A stretch of 64,000 nucleotides of DNA, from positions 558,001 through 622,000 of the forward strand of contig CM119375.1 in NCBI GenBank assembly GCA_051294905.1, read 5' to 3'. The number at the start of each line of letters is the position of its first letter. Positions within the stretch are counted from its first letter, which is position 1. A program made the position numbers and the translations under genes. This document shows, piece after piece, positions 13,177-26,700 of the stretch. Below the pieces are notes generated by a model. The model was not told the origin of the DNA. It worked only from the letters and a program-made list of their open reading frames with translations, and did not search any database. The stretch comes from Botryllus schlosseri (taxonomy: Eukaryota).

Positions 13177-16100
13177 ATGACGGAGCGCCACAGAGTTGAA
13201 GTGATCAAAGTGGATGAGAAATTACTTCGCCGACTTCACGAGAAGCTGAAAAAAATTGACTTAACGTCAAAAACTGAAGGTATAATTATATTCCATACGA
13301 GATCATGAGTGACTTGGCCTCCAAACCTGGTAGCCATAATAAATCTAAAATCGAAAACAATGACTTGCTTCGGAATTGAATCTAGCTCGTTGTGTTTTAG
13401 TTGCTGGTTTTAAGGCCTTGTTAGTTCCACTTGTAGTTCTAGTTTCGGAAAGTCGGTGGTTCCAGTTCTAGTTGCCAATTTTGAAAATCGAGTAGTTCGT
13501 ACAAGACTGATTCAGTCCGTTCTTCTCATATGCATAAATTTTTCAATTTATCATATCCAAGTTTATTTGACTATAGCTCTATAGACACTAGACAGGTTTG
13601 TTAATTGATTATGGTAATGTTTCTCTATTTCTCAAAGTTTCGTAGATTAAGGGGTAATTGAGTTTTGACATTTTTCAAATTATGCCTCTGTGTTTTACGT
13701 ATTTGAGACCCTGGAGTACAATTCTGTCTCCGATTCTCACAAGATTTCGTGTATAATGTTAAAATATACAATTGACTGCGATGTTTTTTCCAATTTACTC
13801 TACTATTTGCAGGCGATTACCCCTGATCAGTGTCTGTCGAAAATATTCGGGTTTATTTCAATATTGATATATTATTCAATTGCATATTGAAGTTTTGTAT
13901 CTCCAAGAATTCTCACATCATACTGCAATAACAGCGAAAGAAAAAAAGAAGCCAGTCAGATTTCAAGTCTATCAACCCGGAATCACAAGGTTGTCCAATC
14001 GGAATTTGCCGAACAATTTCAACAAGTCTGACGCCACGAGAAATCCTAAAAAAGAAGAAAAAAGGTCCTTGGCGTTAAAGTCCTTGAAGCCGACATCGGA
14101 ATAATCTTGCATGCTTTGTTTTTAGGCAGCCACGTCACGCAATGTTGGATCGTGAACGGAATCCGCCGAGTCGTTTGGTCGGAGAAACGGACGAGGATTT
14201 GAGGTATGGCAGGGTATAGGGTATGAGGCATAGGCAACTGAGAAAAATGTGAAATCATTCATCCTGGTGACTGGACCGATGTCCTCTCTGAATTTCTGGT
14301 TTCAAAATGGTTTTCCAACAAATTTCCCTACCAGCTCTACCTTCTTGATTCTTATTGGAAATACCTTCTCAACGTTCTCTATCTTGGCCTTGATCTGTTG
14401 CAATTTTCTGGCAGAAGTTCGAACTTAGCATACCTATTGGTTGGATCAGTTTCGAGTATGTTGACGGTTGAATACAATTTCAATGATATTTCTTGTAAAC
14501 AATTTCAAAAAATGTTTTGTTTGCTGAAAATAGGGTAGGCCTACTGGTGACAAATCTTCAACTGCTTTAACATGAAACGTTCATTTCCCATCTAGTTGAT
14601 TCCCTGGTTTGCTTCCTACATATTGAGTTATGTTTTGTTTGAGGTTGGAAATCTGCAGCCTCACTATGTTTGCGTTTGTAAATCCTACGATGCACTGTAT
14701 TTTCAGTGATGATGATGAATTGGCTTGGGATAACTATGCAGGTTCTGGTCTCGTACACGAAACATGGAGTCCGCAAGTGAGTGCATTTGTTCCATTCTTT
14801 TCATGGAGCTCAGGCCAACATGTACAAACCACCAATCTATTTACTTGACATTCAATGAACTACTGGTCTTCTGAGTACTTATAGTTCTAGTTGCAAACTT
14901 TCAAAAGTGAGTTGTTCTAGTTGCGTATTTTGAAAAGTGAGTAGGCTAGTTCTAGTTGTATATTTAAATTCCCGAACAACCAGAAAACATTTTCGTCGTG
15001 AGAGATTCTTGGAGCCATTGCTAGCTCAGAGTCCTCACTACTAGCATTGTCGGAGCTAGGGGGTGGGCTTTGTGGGCTGAAACCCTTCCCATTTCAACCT
15101 TGTAATGATGTTTGTGTTGATGATCGAGTTGCTTCGGAATTGAATATACTGAGTTAGTTGTGTCTTAGTAAGTTGACAATTTTTTAACGTCATCAGTTGT
15201 AGTTCTGGCTGTAGGTGTACATTTTGAAAATGAAGTATTTTGTATAAGTCTGATTTAGTCCATTCTTGTACATTGCAGGTGACGGCTACAGACGCGTCAA
15301 GCCTAGAAGACGAAATCTTTTCGGAATTGAGTGACGACGAACGGAGGTTGAATTTCGGCCTCGATAAAGTCAATATTGAAGAAGATAGTATCGAGATTGC
15401 TGATGTATCAAAGGAAGATCGGTCCTCTGCGTCGATGGGATCTAACCGAGACTTTTACAAAGTCGCCCATTCCGTTTCATCCAGAGACAGCGAAGAGGTT
15501 CGTTTTGAGCAGTGTCGGAATGACTCGAGTCGATTTGCAAAAGGACTTTACATGACGTTTCAAAAATGTGGATTGACTTCACTTCACCCTAGTCACTTTA
15601 AAATATCTAGTGACTTGGCTTGACTCGAGTCAACTCCGACAATTGAGTCAGTTCCAAAAATCAAGTGACCGAGCTTGACGTAAGCGAGTGACTTAGATTG
15701 ACTCGAGTTACCTTTAAAAATCGAGTGACTTGTCTCGAGACGCATTCAAAATTCGAGTAAACTCCAAAAATAGAGCGACTTGACTTAAATTGAGTCACCT
15801 TAAAATACGAGTAATTTGGCTTAAAAACTCAAAATGTGCTATGAATCAATGTTACTTGACTCAAGGTAGTGAATTGCTCCCAACGCTGGTTTTTCGACGC
15901 AATCTTCAGACGAAATGTCATTCTCATTCACTTTGCTTTATTTAGGAACAACCGGACTATGAATCCGACGAGCCTCGGCTGTACGACCCCTCGAACCCCG
16001 AACAACCGATCCTGGTACGGAGAAACCGTCCCAGCCACAAGCAGGCTCATTTGCATGAAAGCGACAATGTTTACAACGCGCAAGCTAATCGAGCCAGAAT

Positions 16101-19100
16101 CGTTCCGAGTATTCCACAGCCCGCTCGCAACCCCCGTTTTACCCCGCAATCACCCCCTAGACAGTACCCCATCTCTTATCACGACGACAGCTACAATGTT
16201 TGCGAAACGAACAGTCCGAGACGGTATCATTATTCGGAGAATTTGTCGGAGGACGAGGATACTGTGGCATCACAATCCAAATCGATGAGACATAAAACGA
16301 TTATAGCGATACTCAACGAAGCCGAGAGATATGAATCTACGCTTTCGAACCTGTTGGCGTCGCCTTCGTTTGACTCGGAGGTGAGTCAACTATTTCAAAT
16401 AAGACTAGAATTAGAATGATAGCTACACAGTTTTTCCAAATTAAATTGCAATTAGAATAGGCTTACCATATTTTGGAAATGTAAAAAGAGGACACATTTT
16501 CAGAAATTTGAGACTTGCAAAACCGGAGAAGAATTCTCAAAAATCGGTGAATTTTTCCCACTTTGTGATCGGTTGACTCAAAAAAAAAGGAAATCTTTTC
16601 CGCTCAGAGCTCGAAATACCGTTTTTCTTTCCGCATTGCTAGGTGGATGACTAAAAAAAAGGTCATCTTTCCACTCTGAGCTAAAATCACCGTTTTTCAC
16701 TCCGAAATACCCGCCGCATATCACCCGCAATTTGCTCTAAATCTGACCTAAATTTTCAAAAAAGAGGACAAAATCTCAAAAAAGAGGACAAAAGAGCGTC
16801 CTCCGAGGACACTTTCAAAAAAGTCAAAAAAGAGGACAAATCCTCTTGAAAGAGGACGTATGGTAAGCCTAAATTAAGCCGAATTTGCAAAAAAACTTTT
16901 AAAATTGAATTATATTGGCGAAGCAGAACTTAGGTCAGAAACATTCCTTCTAATTCAGGGGTTATCAAACTTTTTTAACTGCATACCTTTTAGATTTACA
17001 TGCATGTATGGTGTACCCTTTAAAATCCAAAGTTACTATAAAACTGTCTTGCAAAGACATAACCAGGTCTACAAGAATAAACTTTACCGAAAGAATTTCT
17101 GGTACTCAAGTGGCTAAGTGCTAATGGAGATACTAATTTTATTGCATTGAATTTTGCTGAAATAACCCTGATTGACTGATATTCTGCCTATAATAGATAT
17201 AAAGTATTGAGAATGCCTGCCTTCATGAAACAGCTATAGAATGATCTAGTCATCAAAATCTGTGTTCAGGAATACAACCAGAGTTTGAGCAGGACTCGGA
17301 ATAAACTGAAGATTTTGTACGAGAAAGTCATCGTCGGGGAAATCGAAGAAGCCGCGAACGAGAATCTTGATCAGAAACTCTGGAAGAACGTATATTATCA
17401 GGTGGGTCGATTTCCCAGCTTCGCGTTTCACTTTGCAATCTGTTATTGCTTTCAAGGCTACATTCATTGCGGCATAATATTATCAACTCGAAAGAATTTT
17501 TGTGTGCTCCTTATCAAGAGTATATCTGGTGTTATATTCTTTGTGGGCGCATAAAAAGTGCATATTTGAAAATTCCGCATCATTCATTAACACAATATCA
17601 AGCATGCAAAAAGCGATTCAAATGAAAATCGATGTGGCAAAGTGTATAGCAATGATGTCATTTTAAAAATAACGCAAGATAAATTCAACCTTACCAGTTG
17701 CAGTAACTATGTGGTGGTCATTACAAGGAAAAAGAGTTTGAATTAACGTACAGATATTTACTTACAGATGTGATTTGCAATGCGTTCAGGTTATCGAGAT
17801 TTTGAGAGATCAAGTTCGCTCTTGCCCGGAGCAGGACAGCTCGGAGCTCCGAGACAATCTCGTGCTCCTGCTCGACCAAGGCACTGCTTTTTACGAGACG
17901 TTGCTCGAGAACCTGCAGCGAAAACACCGCTTCCATCTCAAGGATATTCTCAACAGCCCGGCGGCCAGAAAAAGGTAGGACGGGTCACGTAGCGTTGTGA
18001 TTTCTACTGGAGTACAAGCACTAGCTAGGCTACCTATTGTATAAAAAGTAAGTGGTTTTGCCTAAAAACTTGAGTAGAAGTGAGAGTAGCCCAAAAACAT
18101 GACCACTTGAGTGGCGCAATGCAACAAAATCTCATTTCTCCCCAGGCATCGACTGAAATCGGGCAAACGTTCGTCGCTGGCCACGCTCACTTGTCAGCGT
18201 GTTTTCATCTGTCTTGGAGACATCGCTCGTTATCGCGAACAAGCCACCCACTCTAACAACTATGGGAGGGCAAGGCATTGTTACTTGCAAGCACAGGTGA
18301 GGATGTACATATATATATATATATATATTTCTACATATGCGATATCAACCAGGGTTGTAACCAAGTCCTAAGGTCCAAGTCAGGTTCAACTCCATTTTGT
18401 GAAACTTTTGCATAATATCAGAGGCTGCGCATTCATAATTTTTTCTCGCTCTTAACATGTTTATTCAAACAGATAAAATACAGCTTCTGAGCCTATGTAT
18501 CAATTTGCGGTCCTGCTATACGAGACTTGAGTAACTCATACACAATGTGTCGAGTCATTCGCAATGACTCGAGTGCAAGTCGAGTTCATTAAAAAGTGAC
18601 TCAACTTGAGTCATTTTTCATTTTTCATTTTTAAGAAATTGACTCGAGTCAACGAAAAATTACCAACTCGTGCTCATGAACCGCTATCTCTCTGTTTCAG
18701 GTGCTGGCCCCAAAGAACGGTCGTCCGTACAACCAGCTTGCGATACTAGCGGTGAAGACTCGACACAAACTAGACGCGGTCTACTTCTACGTCAGGTCTC
18801 TCGTGGCCAGCAATCCAATCTTGTCGGCCAGAGAATCTCTCATGGCCCTGTTTGACGAGGTCAGGAGGAAGCTTGACTCGCAGCAGCAGAAGGAGGACGC
18901 GGGGCACGCGGAATCCCCCAACCAAGTGAGTACAAAAGTATGTATTGTACTTGTTCATACTTGGACAACTAGATATTACTAGTCTAATTGGCAATAAATG
19001 TTGGTTATCTAATTTGTGGAGTGTTCTTTGCTCTAATTCCAGCTCTACCCTCATTTGCAAAATGTTTTCACTCTCTAAATTTAGTTCTAATCTAATTTCT

Positions 19101-22100
19101 GGTTTTCCTGAAAATCCTGCAGGAGAACAGTTTCGGCTGCGAAATGAACCAAACTTCCTGTACAGACATTTGTGATTCTCTTGCTTATGAAAATTTAACA
19201 ATTTGATACGAACAGAACTTAATTTGCAAGTTTTCGTAAATTCGGTAATTTTAATTCTAATCTAATTTGGAAAAAATGTGTGGCTAGAATTCTAATTCTA
19301 GTCTAATTTAGAAAAAACTGTATTGTCATAATTCCGATCTAATTCAGAAAAACGGAACATTTTCTAGTTGTCCAAGTCTGCTGCCAGTTCATCCCACTTT
19401 GACTTAAATTATGGAATCGTTAATTTTCAATCCCAAATCCTCTCTTATCTGTGAACTATGCAATCTACAGCGCTCAGGCGGTCAAGAATCTCATAAACGG
19501 GCCGAGGTTTGGATACTTCCAGAGGACGAATCGGATCCAGTCATTGTGAGAGAATTGTCGTCTGTTGAGTTGTCGAGACGTTTCGTACTCTCGTTCCTGC
19601 ATCTGCACGGTCGGATGTTCACTCGTATCGGACTGGATCGATTTCAGGGATTATTTGCGGAAACGGTGCGCCTTTTCGAGGGGGCCGTCTGCGATCTCGC
19701 CCAGAGCAGAATGCTGCAGATTTGTGCCATCAATCTTTTTGCTGTCTTGAACGCGGGTGAGCTTTCTGAGCTGAATTGTGGAGAACATTGCGTGTCAACA
19801 ATCTTATTATCATATATGAAATGGCCATCAAGAGACAGCTTACGCCCAATGTACTTTTTTTAGATAGTGCAGACACTCCTCCAGTTGACGTGGATGGTTG
19901 TTGTATTTTGATTTAAGTCTAATCCAAGGCACCCAAATAAAAGTGTGAACCTATAAACGGTCTCCGTGTCAGCCGAAAATAGTAGAGTGTTTTACAAACA
20001 AAACTGATTTGAAAAATAGTATATACGGTTGCTAATTCCTAAATTATGTACTTCCTAAATTATCAACCATCGTAAAGACTATTACTTCAGAAACAAAACT
20101 TTGAACACAAATCACTTTGCTTCTACTGGTTTGAATTCAGCCAATTTTGTGCGTGTTTAGCCAACCTAACAATTTTATGGAATAGCCAGTGAAATTTGAA
20201 ATAAAGAAGTTATTTGCGAACAACCTTAAAGAACAAGTTATATAAAGAATTGATTATTTCCAGAAAAACTTTCTATACATGGCCCTGCTCAAGATTTTCG
20301 CGACAACCAGCACCGAGCTTTGCAGCTGACCTTTTCCATGCTGGCTGTCGCGGTAGATCGACTCAACGCGGCTTTACGCACCGATGGTTTCGATTGCGCC
20401 GAGTCATATCTGCTTTTGCCCTCGATCAAAATCACGTTCGATTGGATGTTCGCGAACAAGAGGCTCTGGTACCCACCCCCAAAGGTAAGTCGAGTGATCA
20501 GGCCTGGGCATAATATTATGAATATTCAAATCGGAATGGGGTATTAATTCTAATGGTTCGAGTCAAGTATTAGGAGATATTTCTTTGTGATCTGAAATGA
20601 TACGTTGACTGCCGCTTTTTCAGGATCTGGTGGGAGCTGGGCTCGATATCTGGGAGAGTCTGGCGTCTCTGTGCAACGTCGTATGCAACCTGCCTCGCTA
20701 CGAGCCTCAAGTGAGAATCTACGACGAGATGGCCGACGGTCTGGAAGAGGTTTTCTTGACCGAGGACCTTCAGCTGTGCGGGTTTTCGCCGTTGGGTAAC
20801 ATTGCAAATTGAATTTCTGCAATTATGCTAGTATCAGAACTTTTCATAAATCTTGTCCTGTTTGAAGATTAGCATTTGTTGAAGGAGGGAATAAACTGCT
20901 GACGTTACTTTGCTATCAAAATTTTCTGTGGTGAAAGCTTTTATGATGATTTTGACGATCACAAGTGCGAGGCAAACCTCTCTCAAAACCACTTTGAACA
21001 TTACAAAGCCGAAATTGTAACAATCAACTAGTTTTTGTGTCATAGTTGAAAAAAACGATCAATTTTTGTATCCTAAAATCATCGTCTTTCAGGGAGCGCG
21101 TTCAGCGACCCGCGATTTGTGGAAAGCGAGGACGCGACCCCGGACCGTCTTGAGTTTGTCCAGAACTCGGTGAGGATGTGTCTGGTTCGGGACTTCTTGG
21201 AATATCTGTGCGGGATGGAGGAGCCTTTGCTGGCCTTCAAGCGAGGGAAATATGTCAGCGTCGCGCCCACCAGGTCCGTGTTGGGCGAGTGGATCATTTT
21301 CAGTTTCTTCTGATTTGAAGTTGGCATTATAGCTGCAGTTTTTTCCAAATTAGTTTAGAATCAGAATTGCAGCTCCACAGTTTTTTTCCCAAATTAGAGA
21401 ATTAGAATGATAGCTACACATTTTCTCCCGAATTTGATTAGAATTATAGTGATAGCTACACAATTTTTCCTAAATTTGATCAGAATTAGAATGATAGCTA
21501 CAAGTTTTTCGAAATTAGAGTTGAATTAGAATGAAAGCCTCACCGTTTTTTTCCAAGTTGGATTAGAAATACAAATACAGCTACACAATTTTTCCTAAAT
21601 TTTATTAGAATTATGGTGATGGCTATGGTTTTTTTTCCAAATTGAAGAATTAGAATGATAGCTACACAAATTTTCCCGAATTTGATTAGAATAAGAATGG
21701 TAGCTGAACCATTTTCCAAATAAGAATACAACAGAATTATATCCACACAGTTTTTCCATATTAGATTAGAATTGGAATAACGCTCAAGTTTTTCCCGTAT
21801 TAGCTTAGAATTACGATTATTGCTAGACAGTTTTATAATTTTAGCGACATATTTTTCCAAATTAGAGTTGAATCGGAATTGTAGCTACAGTTTTACCCAA
21901 CTTCACATCATGAGCACGACAACGGCAAATGTCTATACACAGAGCTTGGCACGTTTCTTACAATATACAGTTTTCCTGTAGCATTCTCAGGAAAACCAGA
22001 AATTAAATTAGGATTAAAATAAGGGCATAGGAAACGTTTCACAGATTGAATTAGAATTAGTTTACTGACAACTAGAATTATTCGTATTTTTTTCAGAGTA

Positions 22101-23193
22101 AGTTCGTGGGGGGTTGCACCGAACTCAGTGGCCATACCGACAGAGCTGGAAACTGAGGAATACCAGGTTCTTGACGAAAGCTACGAGGAAAATTCGGAAG
22201 ATGTCGAAGATTTTCGTGAACTTCGCAAACTCCGAGACTCGTTGCAGGTAAATTTTTGTCATTTTACAGAACTGCATTTTGCCTATTTGCAATAATTATT
22301 CAAGTCAGATTTTAGACTAAATCCGTTTCTACTATCAGTTTTCGGTTTTTTAGGTGAAACCTGGAATACTTCCTTTCAACTACTTTGATACCTGGTAGAT
22401 TCAATATTTGCAAAAAATCGTCCTGAATTCCCTTTTCTGCTCCATATTTTGAACACTTGAAAAGTTTTGACGTGCGTCTTGAATCGCTACTTCTACTTGT
22501 AGCTGAGTATAAATGATAAAAATTTGAGATTTGTCAAAAAAAATTTGCCGAAATTTTTCAAATCGATTTTCGCTTTCTTTTCCTTTTTAGGTGAAAAAAG
22601 AATTCCAGGACAGGCGAGACGACCGGTTGAACTCGAGCCTGCATTCGGAAAAACGAGTGAAACTGGAAATTTGCCCCAAATATCTGGTCCCCGACACGAA
22701 TTGCTTCATCGATTTCCTGCATCTCATCGAAAAGCTGGCGAATTGCGGAAAATTTCAGATAGCCACCCCGTTAATTGTGGTCAACGAGTTAGAAGGGCTT
22801 ACGACCGAAAAAAAGGAAGATACGAATCATGCGGAACAAGTGCAACAGAACGCTAAAAAAGCTGTTATTTTCATTAAAAAATGCGTTTCCGAAAATCATC
22901 CGAAATTCAGCGTTCTGACGAAAAAAGGGACCGAATTAAAAAATTTACGTTTTCGTAGCGAAGAATCCACCGGGCATGGAAATAACGACGATTTTATTCT
23001 ACAAAGCGCTCACTCTTTGTCAAAATTTCAGGCGTCGAAACATAAAGACGTCGTCGTCAACGGAGAAAAAATTTTGCGCAGAAACGTGGTGCTGTTGACG
23101 GACGACAGAAATTTGAGGCTGAAGTCGTTTTTGTTGCAAGACGTGGCTTCCACGACGGTGAAAAACTTTTGCAACTGGGTCAAACTGAAATAA
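13177..23193 (+). CDS. SMG6: SMG6/EST1A, nonsense-mediated decay PIN endonuclease (16 exons)
   Basis: Exons in consistent phase: 13177-13279, 13908-14064 (donor ambiguous), 14126-14203, 14707-14776, 15279-15497, 15946-16380, 17270-17401, 17790-17974, 18146-18296, 18701-18925, 19471-19756, 20264-20484, 20624-20795, 21093-21273, 22097-22247, 22591-23193. EJC-binding-like motif FQVYQPGITRL; EST1/14-3-3-like motifs LWKNVYYQ, CLGDIARYREQ, APKNGRPYNQLAILA; C-terminal PIN with LVPDTNCFID, NNDDFIL and LLTDDRNL. Confidence 0.95.
13770..13888 (+). repeat. Degenerate hammerhead-family copy in SMG6 intron 1
   Basis: attacccCTGATCAgtgtctgtcGAAAatattCgggt; core G changed to C. Flanks are homologous to the 61.5 kb copy. 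Confidence 0.7.
16458..16871. mobile_element. Same MITE family in SMG6 intron 6
   Basis: Perfect TIR taggcttaccata/tatggtaagccta and subterminal aagaggaca repeats. Confidence 0.8.
18956..19380. mobile_element. Intronic MITE with TIR CAGACTTGGACAACTAG and aattagaattag arrays
   Basis: catacttggacaactag ... ctagttgtccaagtctg. Related arrays at about 21345-22080, 26280-26780, 30470-30980 and 33680-33830. Confidence 0.6.
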
Positions 23194-23689
23194 AATTCGT
23201 CGGGAGTTAATATTTTGTTGCCGCACTGTGCCTTGCCTGTTTTCGTTGGTTTTCTGGTGTTTAGGTGTATGAAAACGTGCCTTTTCTGCGGAGATGAGCA
23301 ATTGAGCATTGATTTTGGTTTTTATATCATGATTTCGGATATGGACACTCGAAATTATGTAATTTCCTTACCGACAATGAACATATAATTTCATCGCTGG
23401 AAATTTAAGACGATTTGAAGCAGGATTTTGACTTGAACATGGAACTTGTAATTTACTATTTTCTGGCGAGTTTTTTGAATAAAATTTCGGCCAATTTCGG
23501 GTATGGACTTGGCTTTAGGCGTGATACGAAATAAATGATCAAAAACAGTAAATCCGCTTGTCTCTGCATTTGTGATTCACCATTTATGTCGCTGCACTTG
23601 CCTGTTTCGTTAGTTATCGGGTGTTGGTTTTTAGAAAAAGTGCCTTTTCTGGTTCACCCCTCCCCCTCCAACTTTTGCATCATCATTTC

Positions 23690-23791
23690 CTTTTGCACTG
23701 AATCGCATTTTACGCAAACTCGTTTCACGATTGCAATTTACCTCCATTCATCAACAGATTGTAGCATAACTCTTTAGCGATACAGTAGCAG
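23690..23791 (+). promoter_or_regulatory. Pyrimidine tract with tandem AG acceptors upstream of the brahma ATG (candidate trans-splice site)
   Basis: catcaacAG (23757), ctctttAG (23777) and further AGs up to 23791. SMG6 AATAAA signals at 23478 and 23530. Confidence 0.45.
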
Positions 23792-23793
23792 CT

Positions 23794-26700
23794 ATGGACC
23801 AACAAATGGGGGCACCGCCCCCGCAGCAGACAGCGCCCCCCATGCAGCCTCCCAGTTATCAATATCCTCAGGGTATGTCGATTTCACTTGTCAAACGGAC
23901 TTGGCAACGAGTTAATTCTAGTTAGAGTAATCTAGAAATCCCGTAAATTTTCTTAGATACTGAGTTGTTATTTCTTTTTCAGCGGGTTACGTGCAATCCA
24001 GCCAGCCGAGCATGAATCAGCAGGCTCAGCCCCAGTACGCACCCCAGATGCAGCAACATCACCCCAACATCGGTGAGCGAATTTTCAAATTTTATGATAA
24101 GATTAGAATAACAATTATAGCTAAAGACATTTTTTAGTTTAAATGAGAGAAATATGTCAAAAATTCGAGTACAATTTGCTCGCCGACATTTCCCTGTAAT
24201 TTGTCCAAACACGCCACTTACTCTACTTGCCCAGCGTCCCAATTATATTGTTCTTCCAGGTATGCAGCCCGGTCCCCCCGCCCCATCCGGGCCCCTCAAT
24301 CAAGGTCACCCTGCGGCACAAATGACGCATTTTCAAACGCCGGCCTCGCAAGCCCCGCCACAGTACTCTCAGGAGCAAGTCAACCAGTGGAAACAGGTCT
24401 GTGCGTGTATCCACGAGTGTTTCAAGTTCATTTCTCTACTATTATTTAGCATTGGTGGCAAACCAGGGTTGTAATGACTCGAGTCACGATTTTGTGATGA
24501 CTCGACTTGACTCGAGTCATTTTCTCAAACTACGGAAATGACTCGACTCGAGTAAATCTGTTCATTGACTCGACTTGGACTCCAGTCATTACGCATGACT
24601 CTAGGCTCAAACGGCCAAGACCGACATTTCATTATTTATAAGTACGAAGAATAGTAAAGTAACCACACTATTGGGATTTCATCTATTGGAACTGGTACTT
24701 GAAAAGGCGACCAGAAACTGCTAAAAGTGAGCAAAATTTGTATATTATAAATTCGAACCATTCGATATCACCAAACAAAGTTATAAAAAGTGGGTTTACC
24801 AAGACTTTAACTGGAAACTGAGCAGTCAACACAATGACTTGGCCTCGGACTCGGTGGTGAATTGAAAATGACTTGACTCGAGTCAAAACTATAAAAGTCG
24901 GATTGACTTGTGACTCAGAGCCTTGAGGCTTGGTTACAACCCTGTCGCATATTTGGTCAATTAATCGGTACAGCAGGCCTGCAAACAAAAATGATGGAAA
25001 AATCAGACCGATAGAATTTACCATAATATAGGATAAACTAAAATAAGTCTTGATCTGTTTCTGATTGAAATGGGAGGGGTTTCGAATGCCACTGTCAGTA
25101 CTGATGACTGTGAGCTGGCAATGGAAAACATCGCACAACACAACAACAGCATCACGATTCATGCCAGACGACGACATGCCTTTTTTTGAGTTAGTCGCGA
25201 CTCGTATTGTTCAAGTGTTGATCAGGTCTGCTATTGTCTGAGCGAAAAATCATACTTTTAGACGGCCGACCAGATGCAGCGTTCGGGACAGACCAACGAC
25301 CCTCGCTATCACAGATGTCTGCAGCTCATCAAACAGGCGCAGCAGCAACAACAACAATTGCCTCAACCGCACATGGCGCCCCCTCAGCCCGCGGCCCATA
25401 ACATGCCTCCCGTTCAACAGCAACCGAGTAAGTTATCTCGAGGGCTTGACAAAACCGTTTAGTACGGAATCAAGTATATAAGATCACTCGAGTTACCAAG
25501 CCTTTTACAGTGAAAACACCGTCAAAACTAGAATTTTTGTTGCTAAATCAACCTTTAGCGACAAGGGTTGTATAATTTCAGGACTCGAAATCTCATCTGT
25601 CAATACCCAGCGTGAATCATGACTATTAATACTTGGTTCATATTCCAGTACTCAAATCGTTGCGCCAAACCCTAAGACCTGCACCAACTACCAATTTGAT
25701 TAGTTGACAATCATCTAACTAACGGGTTTTGAGTACTTCTAGTTCTAGTTGTAGTTGCGGATTTTGAAAAGTGAGTATTTCTAGTTTTAGTCGAGGATTT
25801 TAGAAAGTAAGAAGTTCTAGTTCCTGTTGCACCCTTTAAAAATCCAGTAGTTTATACAAGTCTGCCAACTCTAGTTCCATCCTATGTTTTCTTCCCAACC
25901 TTTTCTGTCTCACCGCTGAATTAACATTGTAACTATCTGCTCAAGCAGAAGTAGTGATTTATAGCTAATTGAAGATACATCTTTTTTTTCTCAAGCTGCT
26001 CTACTCTTGTGTGACAAACTTTTCTGAACGATTTCTCTTTCTCCAGTGCCAGGTTACTCGCAGTTTCCCGCACAACAGCAACCCCAGCACGAATACCCGC
26101 CCCAGCAGCCTCGCTACCCGCAACCACAGCCCCAACAAGCCCCCACGGCTCCTCCCCAACCGAGACCGCCCGTCCCGGACCCACCGCAGGCTCCGGCCGC
26201 CCCGCAAGCACAACAACAACAGCAGCAACAAGAGTCGGGTCAACAAAGGTGAGGTTTTTGAGAGGTGGACAACTTTCTTGAGGTTATAATTAGAATTATA
26301 GATCGCATTATTTTTCTGAATAAGTTCATATTTGAATGATAGCGATTCAGTTTTTTTCAATTTAGATTAGAATTATACCTATTTTTTTTTTAATTTGATT
26401 ACAATTATAGCTACTGGTACACATTTTTTTCCAATATACATATAGTCACAAATATAGCCACAGTTTTTTCCAAATTAGATTATAATTGTAATTATAGCTC
26501 CTATACAGTATTTCCAAATCAGATTAGAATTACATTATTTTCCAAATTGGATTATAATTATAGTTATAGCTAGACAGTTTTCCAAATTAAATTCGAAATA
26601 TAAATCTAGCTACAGTTTTTTTCAAATTACATTTGAATTCGAAGTACCGAATTCGCAAAAACTTGACAACTTGATTAGATTATTTTCCAAATCAGATTAT

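Noticed and set aside
24683-25177. 164-aa minus-strand ORF in brahma intron 3
   Set aside because: It runs through a MITE, has no recognisable domain and no splice or promoter support.
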